From assembly GCA_036496505.1 (NCBI GenBank), contig DASXLA010000041.1, positions 964 through 64,963 of the forward strand: a stretch of DNA of 64,000 nucleotides, written 5' to 3'. This DNA comes from Candidatus Acidiferrum sp. GTDB taxonomy: Bacteria > Acidobacteriota > Terriglobia > Acidiferrales > UBA7541. The stretch's first letter is position 1. Each line of letters starts with the position of its first letter. Below are positions 20,461 to 29,172 of this stretch, piece by piece. A program made the position numbers and the translations under genes. The notes beneath the pieces were generated by a model. That model did no database searches. It saw only the letters and a program-made list of their open reading frames with translations, and was not told the DNA's origin.

Positions 20461-20915
20461 TTACTTACGCTTGCTGCGCAGCGCCTTTTTGGTGCCTTCC
20501 TCAATCAGCGTCAGGCCGCGTCCGGGGCCGGTGGCACGCAGGACTCTGAATTGTCTTCCTTGCAGCTGATTGTACGCAACGAAGAACTTCGCAATGTTTT
20601 CAATGATCCCCGGGTCCAGACGATGGGGCGAGCCCGCTACGATTTTCTCGGTCTTTACTTCAAGCGGCACGGCCACAAAACGATCGTTGCGCTTGCGCTC
20701 CTGGTTTTCAATCTGCTCAGCTTCTATCACGCCCAGTAATTTTGCGATGATCAAGCAGCCGGTAAATGTGGGCTGCTCGGCGAGAATCAGCACATCGAGG
20801 GGATCGCCGTCATCCCCGACGGTGGAGGGCAGAAAACCAAAATCGAATGGAAAGCTTTGCCCGATTGGCAAAGCCTTGTCAAATACGAAAAGATCGGACT
20901 TTTCATATCCAGCTT
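20461..20915 (-). pseudogene. ppa: Family I inorganic pyrophosphatase, apparently N-terminally truncated
   Basis: PFDFGFLPST.GDDGDPLDVL core, RNDR and FFVAYN motifs; no in-frame start and no VIETPKGS segment between the CHAD stop and the conserved core. Confidence 0.6.
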
Positions 20916-20927
20916 GATGCTCGCGGC

Positions 20928-21824
20928 TCAAGCGGAAAGCGCGGAAGTGGCCGCCAGGACCGGCGGCTTGACCAGTTGCGGGGCGCCGCGGCGCCGGCTT
21001 CTTTTCCCCGGCGATTTTCCGGCTACAAAATCGTGGCGCAAATGATTGGCCAGCGATATGGCATGCGTGTACTTCGCGTCGCTGAGGGAGTGAAGCTTCG
21101 CGATTAATTTGCATTGCGGGCGATGATCGAGCAGCTCCTCGGCAATCGTCACCAGAACTTGCCAGTCGTGCCATGCTCCGATGGCATCCTTTACCTTTTT
21201 CAGCGCAGCGACGAAGGCCTGCTGTTTGGAATCTTCCGCGAGTTGAAGAAGGTACTGCAGTTCTTTCACCCGCAGGCGATAGGGGTGAAGGTTGGCGGGC
21301 GAGAGTTGCGAAGGCCGGCGCAGTTCGGATGCTAAACGAAAAGCCTTTGCCATGGCCTCATCAGAGGGCTGCGGGCGCGATTCTTCCTGTTTGCTGGAGT
21401 GCCGCTTGAGAAGTTCCTCGAACTTGGATGCGGTGCGCTTGAGGCGCCGCCTCAATCGAGGCCCGACAGCGGAAACCAATGCTTTAAGCTTCCTGGCCTG
21501 CTTCGCGCGCCTTGCCCCGAGGTGCTCGATGAGCTGCACGAGGCAATCCTGCTCGCCACTTATATTTGTATTCAGGGCGTAGCCGGTAAGCACATCCATA
21601 TCGCGAATCTTGCCGCTTTGTTTACGAACGCGCGCCAAGTCCGGGAGCAAATGTTTTTCATTCCCGGAGGACTCCAGACCAAAAGCCTCGAGCGCGCTTT
21701 GAAATCGGCGGGAGTTAGTACGCAAATCGTGAATCTGTTTGGTGGTAGGGCGCGAACGCGGTTTCTTCAGGAGTTTGCGCAGTTTACGGACAGGTTTGCT
21801 GATGCGGTCTTCCGCGATGGCCAT
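20928..21824 (-). CDS. CHAD-domain (polyphosphate-binding) protein
   Basis: IHDLRT..RR, G.IRD.DV, LH..R...KELQY and IG.WHD motifs. Confidence 0.88.
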   Translation of the reverse strand: MAIAEDRISKPVRKLRKLLKKPRSRPTTKQIHDLRTNSRRFQSALEAFGLESSGNEKHLLPDLARVRKQSGKIRDMDVLTGYALNTNISGEQDCLVQLIEHLGARRAKQARKLKALVSAVGPRLRRRLKRTASKFEELLKRHSSKQEESRPQPSDEAMAKAFRLASELRRPSQLSPANLHPYRLRVKELQYLLQLAEDSKQQAFVAALKKVKDAIGAWHDWQVLVTIAEELLDHRPQCKLIAKLHSLSDAKYTHAISLANHLRHDFVAGKSPGKRSRRRGAPQLVKPPVLAATSALSA

Positions 21825-22175
21825 GTTATTCCCTGGTCACAGAAAAACGCGGCCGCTGAATTGATGCAATACACGATTCGATGTATTGCCGCCAGCGCCC
21901 ACGCTTCCTTGGATGTTTCGCAATTCTTCGGCACCCATGCCGGGTCGTCTTGCCGGCGGGATGACGGATGCAGCTCCGAACGAACCGCAAGTCGAACCCG
22001 TTCCCGAACAGCCTGATCGTTTCCGTGGGCATTTGCAGAGATTCCCAGCGTTGGCAGCAATGCCAACCCGAAGATCGCAGAAAACAGCCTTCGCGTGGTC
22101 ACGGGGACTTCTCCTCTCGTCTGTCCCGGTATTCGAATCAACATTCGGCTCGGAATCGGGGATTAAACCATTTGG

Positions 22176-22445
22176 TACTTGACTTTCTTATTACTTTATA
22201 GTAAAGTCGAGTATGACGATCGCCGTTCAACCCTCTTTTCTAATCTCCCGACGCCGCCTCTACGCTAGCCACAACTCCGTCCACCATTCAGCCATTGACA
22301 CCGCTTCAGCCACGCCCCGCCTTTTCAGCTTTACCTTAGCGCTCTTTTGCCGGTCTTTAGGTCTCTTGGCTCTCTTTTGCATACTCGTTTCCTTTGTTTT
22401 CAACAACTTCCAGCCTCTCTCTAAAAAGAGGGGGCAGTATGCGAT
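22176..22445 (+). repeat. Dispersed promoter-bearing pyrimidine-rich element, copy 1
   Basis: TTGACT-N17-TAAAGT, ATG 5 nt later, then CTCTTTTGCA..TCCTTTGTTTTCAACAACTTC core shared with 52172-52790. Confidence 0.55.
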
Positions 22446-22477
22446 GAAGTCTGGCTCCAGCCGCCGAGCACAGTGCT

Positions 22478-23653
22478 TCACGGTTTGGCGGGCGGTGCTG
22501 ATGCTGCTGGCGGAGGAGGTGGTGGTGGCGGCGGCGTGAATCGGGAGTCGTCGATGGGGGTGTTTTGCTGCAGATTTTCGACCTGGATGGTGAAGCGATT
22601 GCCGGGTCGGGCGACCGTCCAGCGGAAGGGGACCTTGACGCCATCGGCTTCGCGATAATCGGCGTAATCAATCTGCGTGGGATTCAGACCGAGCGGGCTC
22701 GGCACGTAGCGCACCATGCGCAGCAGCAATCCGGATTGCTCGTCGAGATAGAGGCGCAACGGCGGGCGGCCTTCGGCATGGCCTTCCACCAGGTAGGTGT
22801 CGTGGCCATCGATTTTTTCTCCGGCCTCGACGGTAAATTTGGGATACAGGGATTTTACGTCGGCGGCGAAGTGCAAATCGGCATCGAGGCGCGTGGAATC
22901 ATTTTCGGCGGAGGACATCATGTGCGCGGGGCGTCCCGGCAGGCTTAGCCAGCCGCGCTGGCCGTCAAATCCAGTGACGCTGTCGCCGCTTGGAAGGTGC
23001 ATATAGGAAATGCGCTTGTCGGGCGCTTTGGAATAAACGTCCGCGGCAAAAGTCTGCCCGTCAAACGTGGTGAGCTTGCCTTTCTCGGCTCGCGTGGTGA
23101 TTTTTTCCACGGCGGCAGCGCCACCGGCGGCGGCCAGATATTTGTCGAGAAGGTCTTCGGCCTTGGGCAGCGCCACGTTTTCGGCCGGCTTCTTCCCTGC
23201 CGCGGCGGCGGGCTCTTCTTCTTTGATCACGGGGATGCCGACGGGCATGGCCGAGCCGCGATGGCAGGTGTAGCAGGTGACATGAAGCTGGCCGTCAAAA
23301 TTGGCTTTGTCGATGTCGAACATCATGGTCATCATTTTGCGCGCGATTTTTTTGGGCTTTTTGTCGTCGCTGTCCATGTGCTGATGGTCGTGGCAAAATT
23401 CGCAATCGACGCCGAGGGACGCGGTGATGAACTGCATCGCGGGGATGAGCTGGTCGGCGGGCAGGCCCTTGAGGACCTGGATGTTCTTGAACTGTTGCTC
23501 GGTGAGTTTCTGGGTTTGCGAGCTCTGCGACGGAGTGGGCGCCGCGGCGGGCGCTGCGGACGGCGACTGCCCGCGCGCCGCGAGCGCGGCGGCAACGCTG
23601 AACGCCATGCCACAAGAAATCGTGAACCAACCCGCGATGCCGTGGCGCTTCAT
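22478..23653 (-). CDS. Diheme c-type cytochrome (reaction-centre cytochrome c family domain) fused to a LolA-like beta domain
   Basis: Signal peptide; FKNIQVLK, LGVDCEFCH, AR.M..M and TCYTCH motifs; Pro-rich tail. Confidence 0.8.
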   Translation of the reverse strand: MKRHGIAGWFTISCGMAFSVAAALAARGQSPSAAPAAAPTPSQSSQTQKLTEQQFKNIQVLKGLPADQLIPAMQFITASLGVDCEFCHDHQHMDSDDKKPKKIARKMMTMMFDIDKANFDGQLHVTCYTCHRGSAMPVGIPVIKEEEPAAAAGKKPAENVALPKAEDLLDKYLAAAGGAAAVEKITTRAEKGKLTTFDGQTFAADVYSKAPDKRISYMHLPSGDSVTGFDGQRGWLSLPGRPAHMMSSAENDSTRLDADLHFAADVKSLYPKFTVEAGEKIDGHDTYLVEGHAEGRPPLRLYLDEQSGLLLRMVRYVPSPLGLNPTQIDYADYREADGVKVPFRWTVARPGNRFTIQVENLQQNTPIDDSRFTPPPPPPPPPAASAPPAKP

Positions 23654-23736
23654 GTGGTCTCCCTCGCAAGCCATGCAGGCAGGATTGTAGCAAAGCGGCA
23701 ACGCGCCGCAGGCGATTTTTGATTTGTGGATGAAAA

Positions 23737-25398
23737 TTAGGCGCTGATCTCGCCGCGCTTGGCCAGCGCGGTGATGCGATCGGCGGCACGGAAAGCCAGC
23801 GCTTCGATGGTCATGGTGGGCTGGCCGCGGCCACCGGTGACGAAGCTGCTGCCGTCGCAGAGGAAAAGATTTTTGACGTCGTGGGTGCGGTGATCGGAAT
23901 TGATGACCGAGGTTTTGGAATCGTTGCCCATGCGGCAGGAGCCCAGCAAATGCACCGCAAATTCCTGCTCGGCGATGGGGAAACTCCATTTTGTTTTTGC
24001 GCCGGCGGCGTCCAGCAGTTCGAGGCCCCGGGCGTTGAGCCAGGTGGAAAGCTTCAAATCGTCGGGATGATCCTTGTAAGTCATGCGCAAAGCGGGCAGG
24101 CCCCAGGCGTCTTTTAATTCGGGATCGAGCGAAAAACTGTTGTCTTCGATGGGAAGTGACGAGCCGTGGGAGAAGACTTCCATGGTGCGCGTGAAATTTT
24201 GGCCGAGAGTTTTCTTGAAAGCGCCGCCCCAGCGCGGCGTATCCGGCGGCAGCGAATTGAGCGCGAAGCCGATGGGCGTCATATCAAAGCGGGCGTCGAG
24301 GCCGCCGCCGCCGTAGAAACCGACTTTATGGGCGTCCAGCTCGTAAAAATCATGGAGGATGCGGCTGACGGCGAAGCCTTTGTAGTCGTTGAGCGGATGC
24401 TCGAAGACGCCGAGCGAAATCGCACCGCTGTTGAGCATCAGGTTTTTGCCGACGACGCCGTTGGAGTTGGCCAGGCCGTTGGGAAATTGCGAATTGGCGG
24501 ACATGAGCAGCAGCCGCGGAGTCTCCGCGCCATTGGCGCAGACAATCACCGCCTTGGCTTTCTGCAGGTGGGTGTTTTTCTGCTTGTCGAAATAGGAGGC
24601 GCCGATGGCGCGGCCGCGCGAATCGATTTCGATGCGGTGAACGTAAGAATCAGGGCGGATTTCGCAGCGGCCGGTGCGTTCCGCGACGTGAATCATGGCG
24701 GCGAGCGAGCTGCTTTTGGCGCCGACCTCGCAGCCAAAACCGAGGCAGAAGCCGCAATTGACGCAGGCGCTGCGGCCGGCGTGCGGGCGGCTGAGAATGG
24801 CCATGGGCGCGGGAAAGGGATGCCAGCCGAGCTTGAGGGCGGCGCGCTCGAAAATTACGCCGGAAGATTTTACCGGCAACGGCGGCATGGGATAAGGTCT
24901 GGAGCGCGGCGGATCGAAGGGGCTGGCGCCGGCGAGGCCGGAGACGCCAACTTCCCACTCGACTTTGGTGTAGAAGGGCTCGAGGTCGGCGTAGGTGATG
25001 GGCCAATCGACGAGATTGGCGCCGGGAATCGCGCCGACTTTGCTGTGCTCGATAAAATCAATTTCGTGAAAGCGCCAGAAGTTCGCGGTGAAGTGCACGC
25101 TGGTGCCGCCCACGCTTCTGCCATAGACCAGCGCGCGCTGCTGCTTCGCTTTATCGGCGGGAGTTTTGCGGAAGGTGGTGGGTTGCACCTTGGGATCGTT
25201 GGTCAACAGATTTTCGGCGAGGATTTTGATTTCGTTGTGCGTGTAGTCCGATTCGGAAAGGTACGGGCCCTGTTCGAGGACCACCACGCGGAAACCGTTG
25301 GTGGACAGTTCCTTCGCGAGGATGCCGCCGGCGGCGCCGGAGCCCACGATGACGAAATCGACTTCGTCGGAAGTTTTGTACCTGGGCTGGTCAACCAT
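23737..25398 (-). CDS. GMC-family flavoprotein oxidoreductase
   Basis: GSGAAG FAD motif, VGGTS, C..C..C...C cluster, HLLGSCRMG and QPTMT motifs. Confidence 0.92.
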   Translation of the reverse strand: MVDQPRYKTSDEVDFVIVGSGAAGGILAKELSTNGFRVVVLEQGPYLSESDYTHNEIKILAENLLTNDPKVQPTTFRKTPADKAKQQRALVYGRSVGGTSVHFTANFWRFHEIDFIEHSKVGAIPGANLVDWPITYADLEPFYTKVEWEVGVSGLAGASPFDPPRSRPYPMPPLPVKSSGVIFERAALKLGWHPFPAPMAILSRPHAGRSACVNCGFCLGFGCEVGAKSSSLAAMIHVAERTGRCEIRPDSYVHRIEIDSRGRAIGASYFDKQKNTHLQKAKAVIVCANGAETPRLLLMSANSQFPNGLANSNGVVGKNLMLNSGAISLGVFEHPLNDYKGFAVSRILHDFYELDAHKVGFYGGGGLDARFDMTPIGFALNSLPPDTPRWGGAFKKTLGQNFTRTMEVFSHGSSLPIEDNSFSLDPELKDAWGLPALRMTYKDHPDDLKLSTWLNARGLELLDAAGAKTKWSFPIAEQEFAVHLLGSCRMGNDSKTSVINSDHRTHDVKNLFLCDGSSFVTGGRGQPTMTIEALAFRAADRITALAKRGEISA

Positions 25399-26059
25399 CG
25401 GTTTTCATCGCGGGCTTGGCCGCAGGCTGCCACCCGGCGTAATCCTTGTCGTAGTACCCAAACGGCGGCTGAAACATGTGCTCGGGATCGCGGCCGATCA
25501 GTTTCCAGCCGACGCCGCCGCGATTGCCGTCCATCTCGGAGTCCGGAAGGATGAGGAAACCGGAAATGGTGCCGACGCGCACGGCTTCGAAGAAAGTTTG
25601 CGCGGTACCGTAGCCTCTGCGGCGCGTGGCCTGCTGATGCTGGCTGTCGTCCATGGCGTGAAGCAGTTCGTCCTGCTGCTCGGTGGTGGCCGCCGAAAAT
25701 TTTTCGACGCCGGGAAATTTTTCGCGCAAGGCGTTCTGCAATTCCGGCAAGCCGTCGCGGAATTTTGACTGCTGGTCGCTGGCGAAGGTCACGAGCGCGC
25801 GATCCATGAAATAAATGACGCCAGCTTCGCGGGCGCCGGGAGTGTCGTCGGTGGGAATGATCCGCGCCGAGATGGCGTCAATCTCGGCGGCTTCTTCGGG
25901 AGTAAAAAATTGAAACTTGAGAGGAGTGGCGGACTGCGCAGCCTGGCGCGCGTGGGTGGCGGCGGCAACCATCTGCGGCCAGTTCGCGGAAATCCACGCG
26001 GCACTGACACTGGCACCGGCCTGGGACAAAAATCTGCGGCGACTTAATTCGTTGATCAT
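25391..26059 (-). CDS. Gluconate 2-dehydrogenase subunit 3 family protein (Tat)
   Basis: SRRRFL signal; RIIP...PGA..AGV..F.D motif; overlaps the GMC start. Confidence 0.88.
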   Translation of the reverse strand: MINELSRRRFLSQAGASVSAAWISANWPQMVAAATHARQAAQSATPLKFQFFTPEEAAEIDAISARIIPTDDTPGAREAGVIYFMDRALVTFASDQQSKFRDGLPELQNALREKFPGVEKFSAATTEQQDELLHAMDDSQHQQATRRRGYGTAQTFFEAVRVGTISGFLILPDSEMDGNRGGVGWKLIGRDPEHMFQPPFGYYDKDYAGWQPAAKPAMKTDG

Positions 26060-26363
26060 GATGGGATGCGAAACTGATTAGCACTCTAGTCGGCTGAGGA
26101 TGCAGCGTCAACCTCAAATCCCGGTTTCGCGAATGCGATTTTAATGATGAAAATTTTGGTTGATTGATTTTGCAGGCGGGCCTGAAAATTTCGCGAGGGT
26201 CGCGGGTAATGATGTGGCAGGAATATCGCGGCCTGGCATTTTCAGTGTACGGCGGGAACGGCGAGCGGTCTATAATCCGCTGCAGTAACGGTCGAAGCGG
26301 AATTTTTCGGCGAGTGGGAAATTTCGTGAAACAACCCGGGTTTGAGACACTAGCACCGCACTT

Positions 26364-26981
26364 ATGGCAACCCTCACAGGCGGAATTGGCACCGGAAGCA
26401 AGTGGTTGCTCGACAGAATCGTGGGGATTCTGGCGGCCACCGGCGTCAACCCGAATTTTCTGACGTTTCTCGGGCTGGTCGTGAATTTTGGAGGGGCGGT
26501 AAGCTTCGCCGTCGGCGGATTTCGCACCGGCGCGTTCATTATTTTTTTCGCGGGCTTCCTGGACATGCTGGACGGGCAGGTGGCGCGGCGGCAGAATCGC
26601 GTGACGGCGTTTGGGGCGTTTTACGATTCCACGCTGGACCGCTACGCGGACATGGCGCTGTACATGGGATTGCTGGTGTATTACTCGGTGAGCGGCCGCA
26701 CGCCGTATGTGGTGCTGGCGGCGGTGGCCACGGCGGGCTCGGTGATGGTGAGTTACGCGCGGGCGCGAGCGGAGTCGCTGATTCCGCAATGCAAAGTGGG
26801 ATTCATGGAGCGGCCGGAGCGGCTGGTGCTGCTGATTATCGGCGGGCTATTTAATCGCATGGGCGCGGTGCTGTGGGTCATTGCGGTGGTGTCGACGATC
26901 ACGGTGATTCACCGCATCGTTTATACATGGCAGGAAACGCGCGCCGGACGGACACTGCCGGGGATCAAACTGACGCTGTAG
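26364..26981 (+). CDS. CDP-alcohol phosphatidyltransferase (PgsA/PI-synthase-like)
   Basis: DMLDGQVAR...FGAFYDSTLDRYAD signature; SYARARAE and ERPER motifs. Confidence 0.93.
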   Translation: MATLTGGIGTGSKWLLDRIVGILAATGVNPNFLTFLGLVVNFGGAVSFAVGGFRTGAFIIFFAGFLDMLDGQVARRQNRVTAFGAFYDSTLDRYADMALYMGLLVYYSVSGRTPYVVLAAVATAGSVMVSYARARAESLIPQCKVGFMERPERLVLLIIGGLFNRMGAVLWVIAVVSTITVIHRIVYTWQETRAGRTLPGIKLTL

Positions 26982-27126
26982 CAAATCTTCAGCACGCCTT
27001 TTATCGGAAGCGTTGATTAATGGAAGGTGTTCAGAAACTTGCAGGTATGCAGCTGTGATATAACGCTCCCGGCAGCGGTCACAATTGACGCGCCAATCGC
27101 AGGCGAATTCGTCACAAGGAGAGCTG

Positions 27127-27690
27127 ATGAGAACTAGAAACATTGGGCTAGGGGTGTTGCTGGCGCTGGCGTGGATGGGGATGGCGGCCATGCGGGCCAA
27201 CGCCGCTGAAAATGCCAGCGTGGCGAAAGTGCTGAATGACGCCGTGACGGGCGCGGAAAAGGAGTTCATGTCCGCGGCGGATGCCATGCCGGAAGACAAA
27301 TATTCGTATGCGCCAACGAACGGGGAGTTCAAAGGTGTGCGCACTTTTGCCAAGCAAGTGAAACATGTCGCCGCGGTGAACTATATTGCCGGGGCTGCCA
27401 TCCTGGTGGAGAAGCCGCCAGTGGACGTGGGAGGAGAGTCAGGTCCGGCGGCGATCAAGACCAAGGCGGAAATCATAAAGTTCGCCAACGATTCGTTCGC
27501 GTACCTGCACAAGGCCATCTCTACCATCAACGAGAAGAACATGCTGGAGCCCATCAAGCATCCGTTTGGCGATGCGCCTGCGACGCGATTGGGATTGGCG
27601 GTGCTGGGAGCGCAACATGTCTTCGACCATTACGGGCAGATGGTCGAGTACCTGCGGATGAATGGAATCGTGCCTCCGGCCAGCCGGTAG
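27127..27690 (+). CDS. Exported DinB-family protein
   Basis: Signal peptide; RTF..QV.H and H..DHYGQ..YLRM.G..PP motifs. Confidence 0.85.
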   Translation: MRTRNIGLGVLLALAWMGMAAMRANAAENASVAKVLNDAVTGAEKEFMSAADAMPEDKYSYAPTNGEFKGVRTFAKQVKHVAAVNYIAGAAILVEKPPVDVGGESGPAAIKTKAEIIKFANDSFAYLHKAISTINEKNMLEPIKHPFGDAPATRLGLAVLGAQHVFDHYGQMVEYLRMNGIVPPASR

Positions 27691-27747
27691 TCAAAGTGAA
27701 AAGCTAAGCTGTCCGGACGAGCGGTGCCGTACGACTCGAGCCCCTGC

Positions 27748-28512
27748 TTACAAAGTTTTGGCGGGAGCGCCGGCTGCCGGCGGCTCTTGGTGTGTCGCGT
27801 CGCCGGGCTTTGCGGCATCGTGTCTGACTTCGCCGTAGCGCGCCGCCAGCCAACCGCGCAACTCCAGTGGTTTGTAATTGAAGGGTCCCATGCCGCCGCG
27901 GTAGGCGATGTGACCGCTTTCGTCGAGCACGTAGATGCGTTCGGGCCAGGCGGAGTAGGCGCTCTCTGCGGCGTTGCTCATATCGTCGACGCCGAATGGC
28001 AATGGATATTTGAAGCGCGTGATGAAATCGTTGGCAATGTCCAGGCGCTGCTGCAGATTTTTGGGCTGCGCATAACACACGTCATCTTTCAGGTTGGACT
28101 TCATCTGCCACTCGTCGGTGGGATGCGCTTCGCGCACGTACACGGTGAGGAAATCGGCGTGATCTTTGTAATCGTTGTAAATCGTGGCGATGTCGCCTAC
28201 CTGGCGGCGAAATGGCGGTCAGGTAAAACTGCCGAACACCAACACAAGTGGCTTGGCGCCGGTGCGTTCGCGGATATGAAAGTGATCGGTACCGTTCAGC
28301 GCGACGAGCCGCGCGTCGGGCGCGTCGTCTCCCAGTTTCAAGTTGCCGCGATGCATGTGCGGCAAGGCGTAGCGCACCATTCCGTATGCGTCCCTGGGGC
28401 TTCCAGCCATCAGTGAAAGTCCAACGAAGGCGAGAAGGAACACCGCCAGCGTGACGCCGATGGTCCACTTCCAAAAAAGGGTCAAGGGGATTTTCTCTAG
28501 GCCAATCATCAC
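27748..28512 (-). CDS. Iodothyronine-deiodinase-like selenoprotein (Sec at TGA 28219-28221)
   Basis: The two predicted ORFs are in frame across one TGA: KPLVLVFGSFT-U-PPFRRQ...YVREAH...W, matching deiodinase PLVLNFGSCTUPPF/YIEEAH; also PERIY..G.IAY.GG.GP; N-terminal TM. Confidence 0.88.
28193..28210 (-). promoter_or_regulatory. Putative bacterial SECIS hairpin
   Basis: TCGCC-GCCAGGTA-GGCGA begins 8 nt after the UGA; apical GG about 18 nt from the UGA; CAGGU as in the fdhF-type SECIS. Confidence 0.6.
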
Positions 28513-28710
28513 ACAGGAAGGTGCGCCGGCAAATACTTCATAAGCATTATGTCGCGACGGCTCCCGCGGTCACGCACAGCGCCGACGTTGAAAGCGCTAT
28601 TGACGCAACGAAGCTGGCAGAGTGACAATGCGCCACATGTGGGGGCGCAATTTCTCGCGCGCCACTATTGTATATCTTCACCTACTTCGCATAAGGGGCG
28701 CGCAGAGCAC

Positions 28711-28905
28711 ATGTCCGAGAGCACCGTCATCGCCAATCAGAAGCAGATTCTCCGCAACCAGAAATCGATCATCGCCAACCAGGCGCAGATCAAATCCAAC
28801 CAGGACCTCATCAAGAAGAATCAAGCCACGATCCTGAAAAACCAGGGCAGCCTCGACACCATTCTCAAAAATCAAAAACAGATACTGGCTGTGCTCAAAA
28901 AGTAA
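28711..28905 (+). CDS. 64-aa IxxNQxx heptad-repeat coiled-coil protein
   Basis: MSESTVIANQKQILRNQKSIIANQAQIKSNQDLIKKNQATILKNQ...; seven NQ heptads. Confidence 0.75.
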   Translation: MSESTVIANQKQILRNQKSIIANQAQIKSNQDLIKKNQATILKNQGSLDTILKNQKQILAVLKK

Positions 28906-29172
28906 TTCGTGTAGTCCCCTTCCACGCGAAGACGCCTCGCCCCATTTGACCGCGGCGTTGCTGTTTTCAGCCGCAGTTTGCGCCGCGAACCTTCACTTTT
29001 GGCCGATTTTGTGCGATTTCGGACGAATCGGCACGATTTTGTGTGTCGCGTTTGCAGGGCGGAAGCTTGTTGTTTCGCACTGCGATTGGCTTTGCAACCA
29101 GAGCAAAGCGAATCACGGCCAGTCCAGCGTGTGGCCCTAGACTGACGTTGCCAGCCACGCTGAGGTGAACTC

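Noticed and set aside
20928-20930. Selenocysteine readthrough of the CHAD TGA into ppa
   Set aside because: ppa is in a different frame, there is no redox-motif context, and no convincing SECIS follows.
21767-22144. 125-aa ORF with a signal-like N-terminus
   Set aside because: It overlaps the CHAD start and the C-terminal part looks non-coding; at most a gene remnant.
22478-23653. Evidence of phototrophy (pufC)
   Set aside because: Only two CxxCH motifs, fused to an unrelated domain, with no puf/bch genes nearby.
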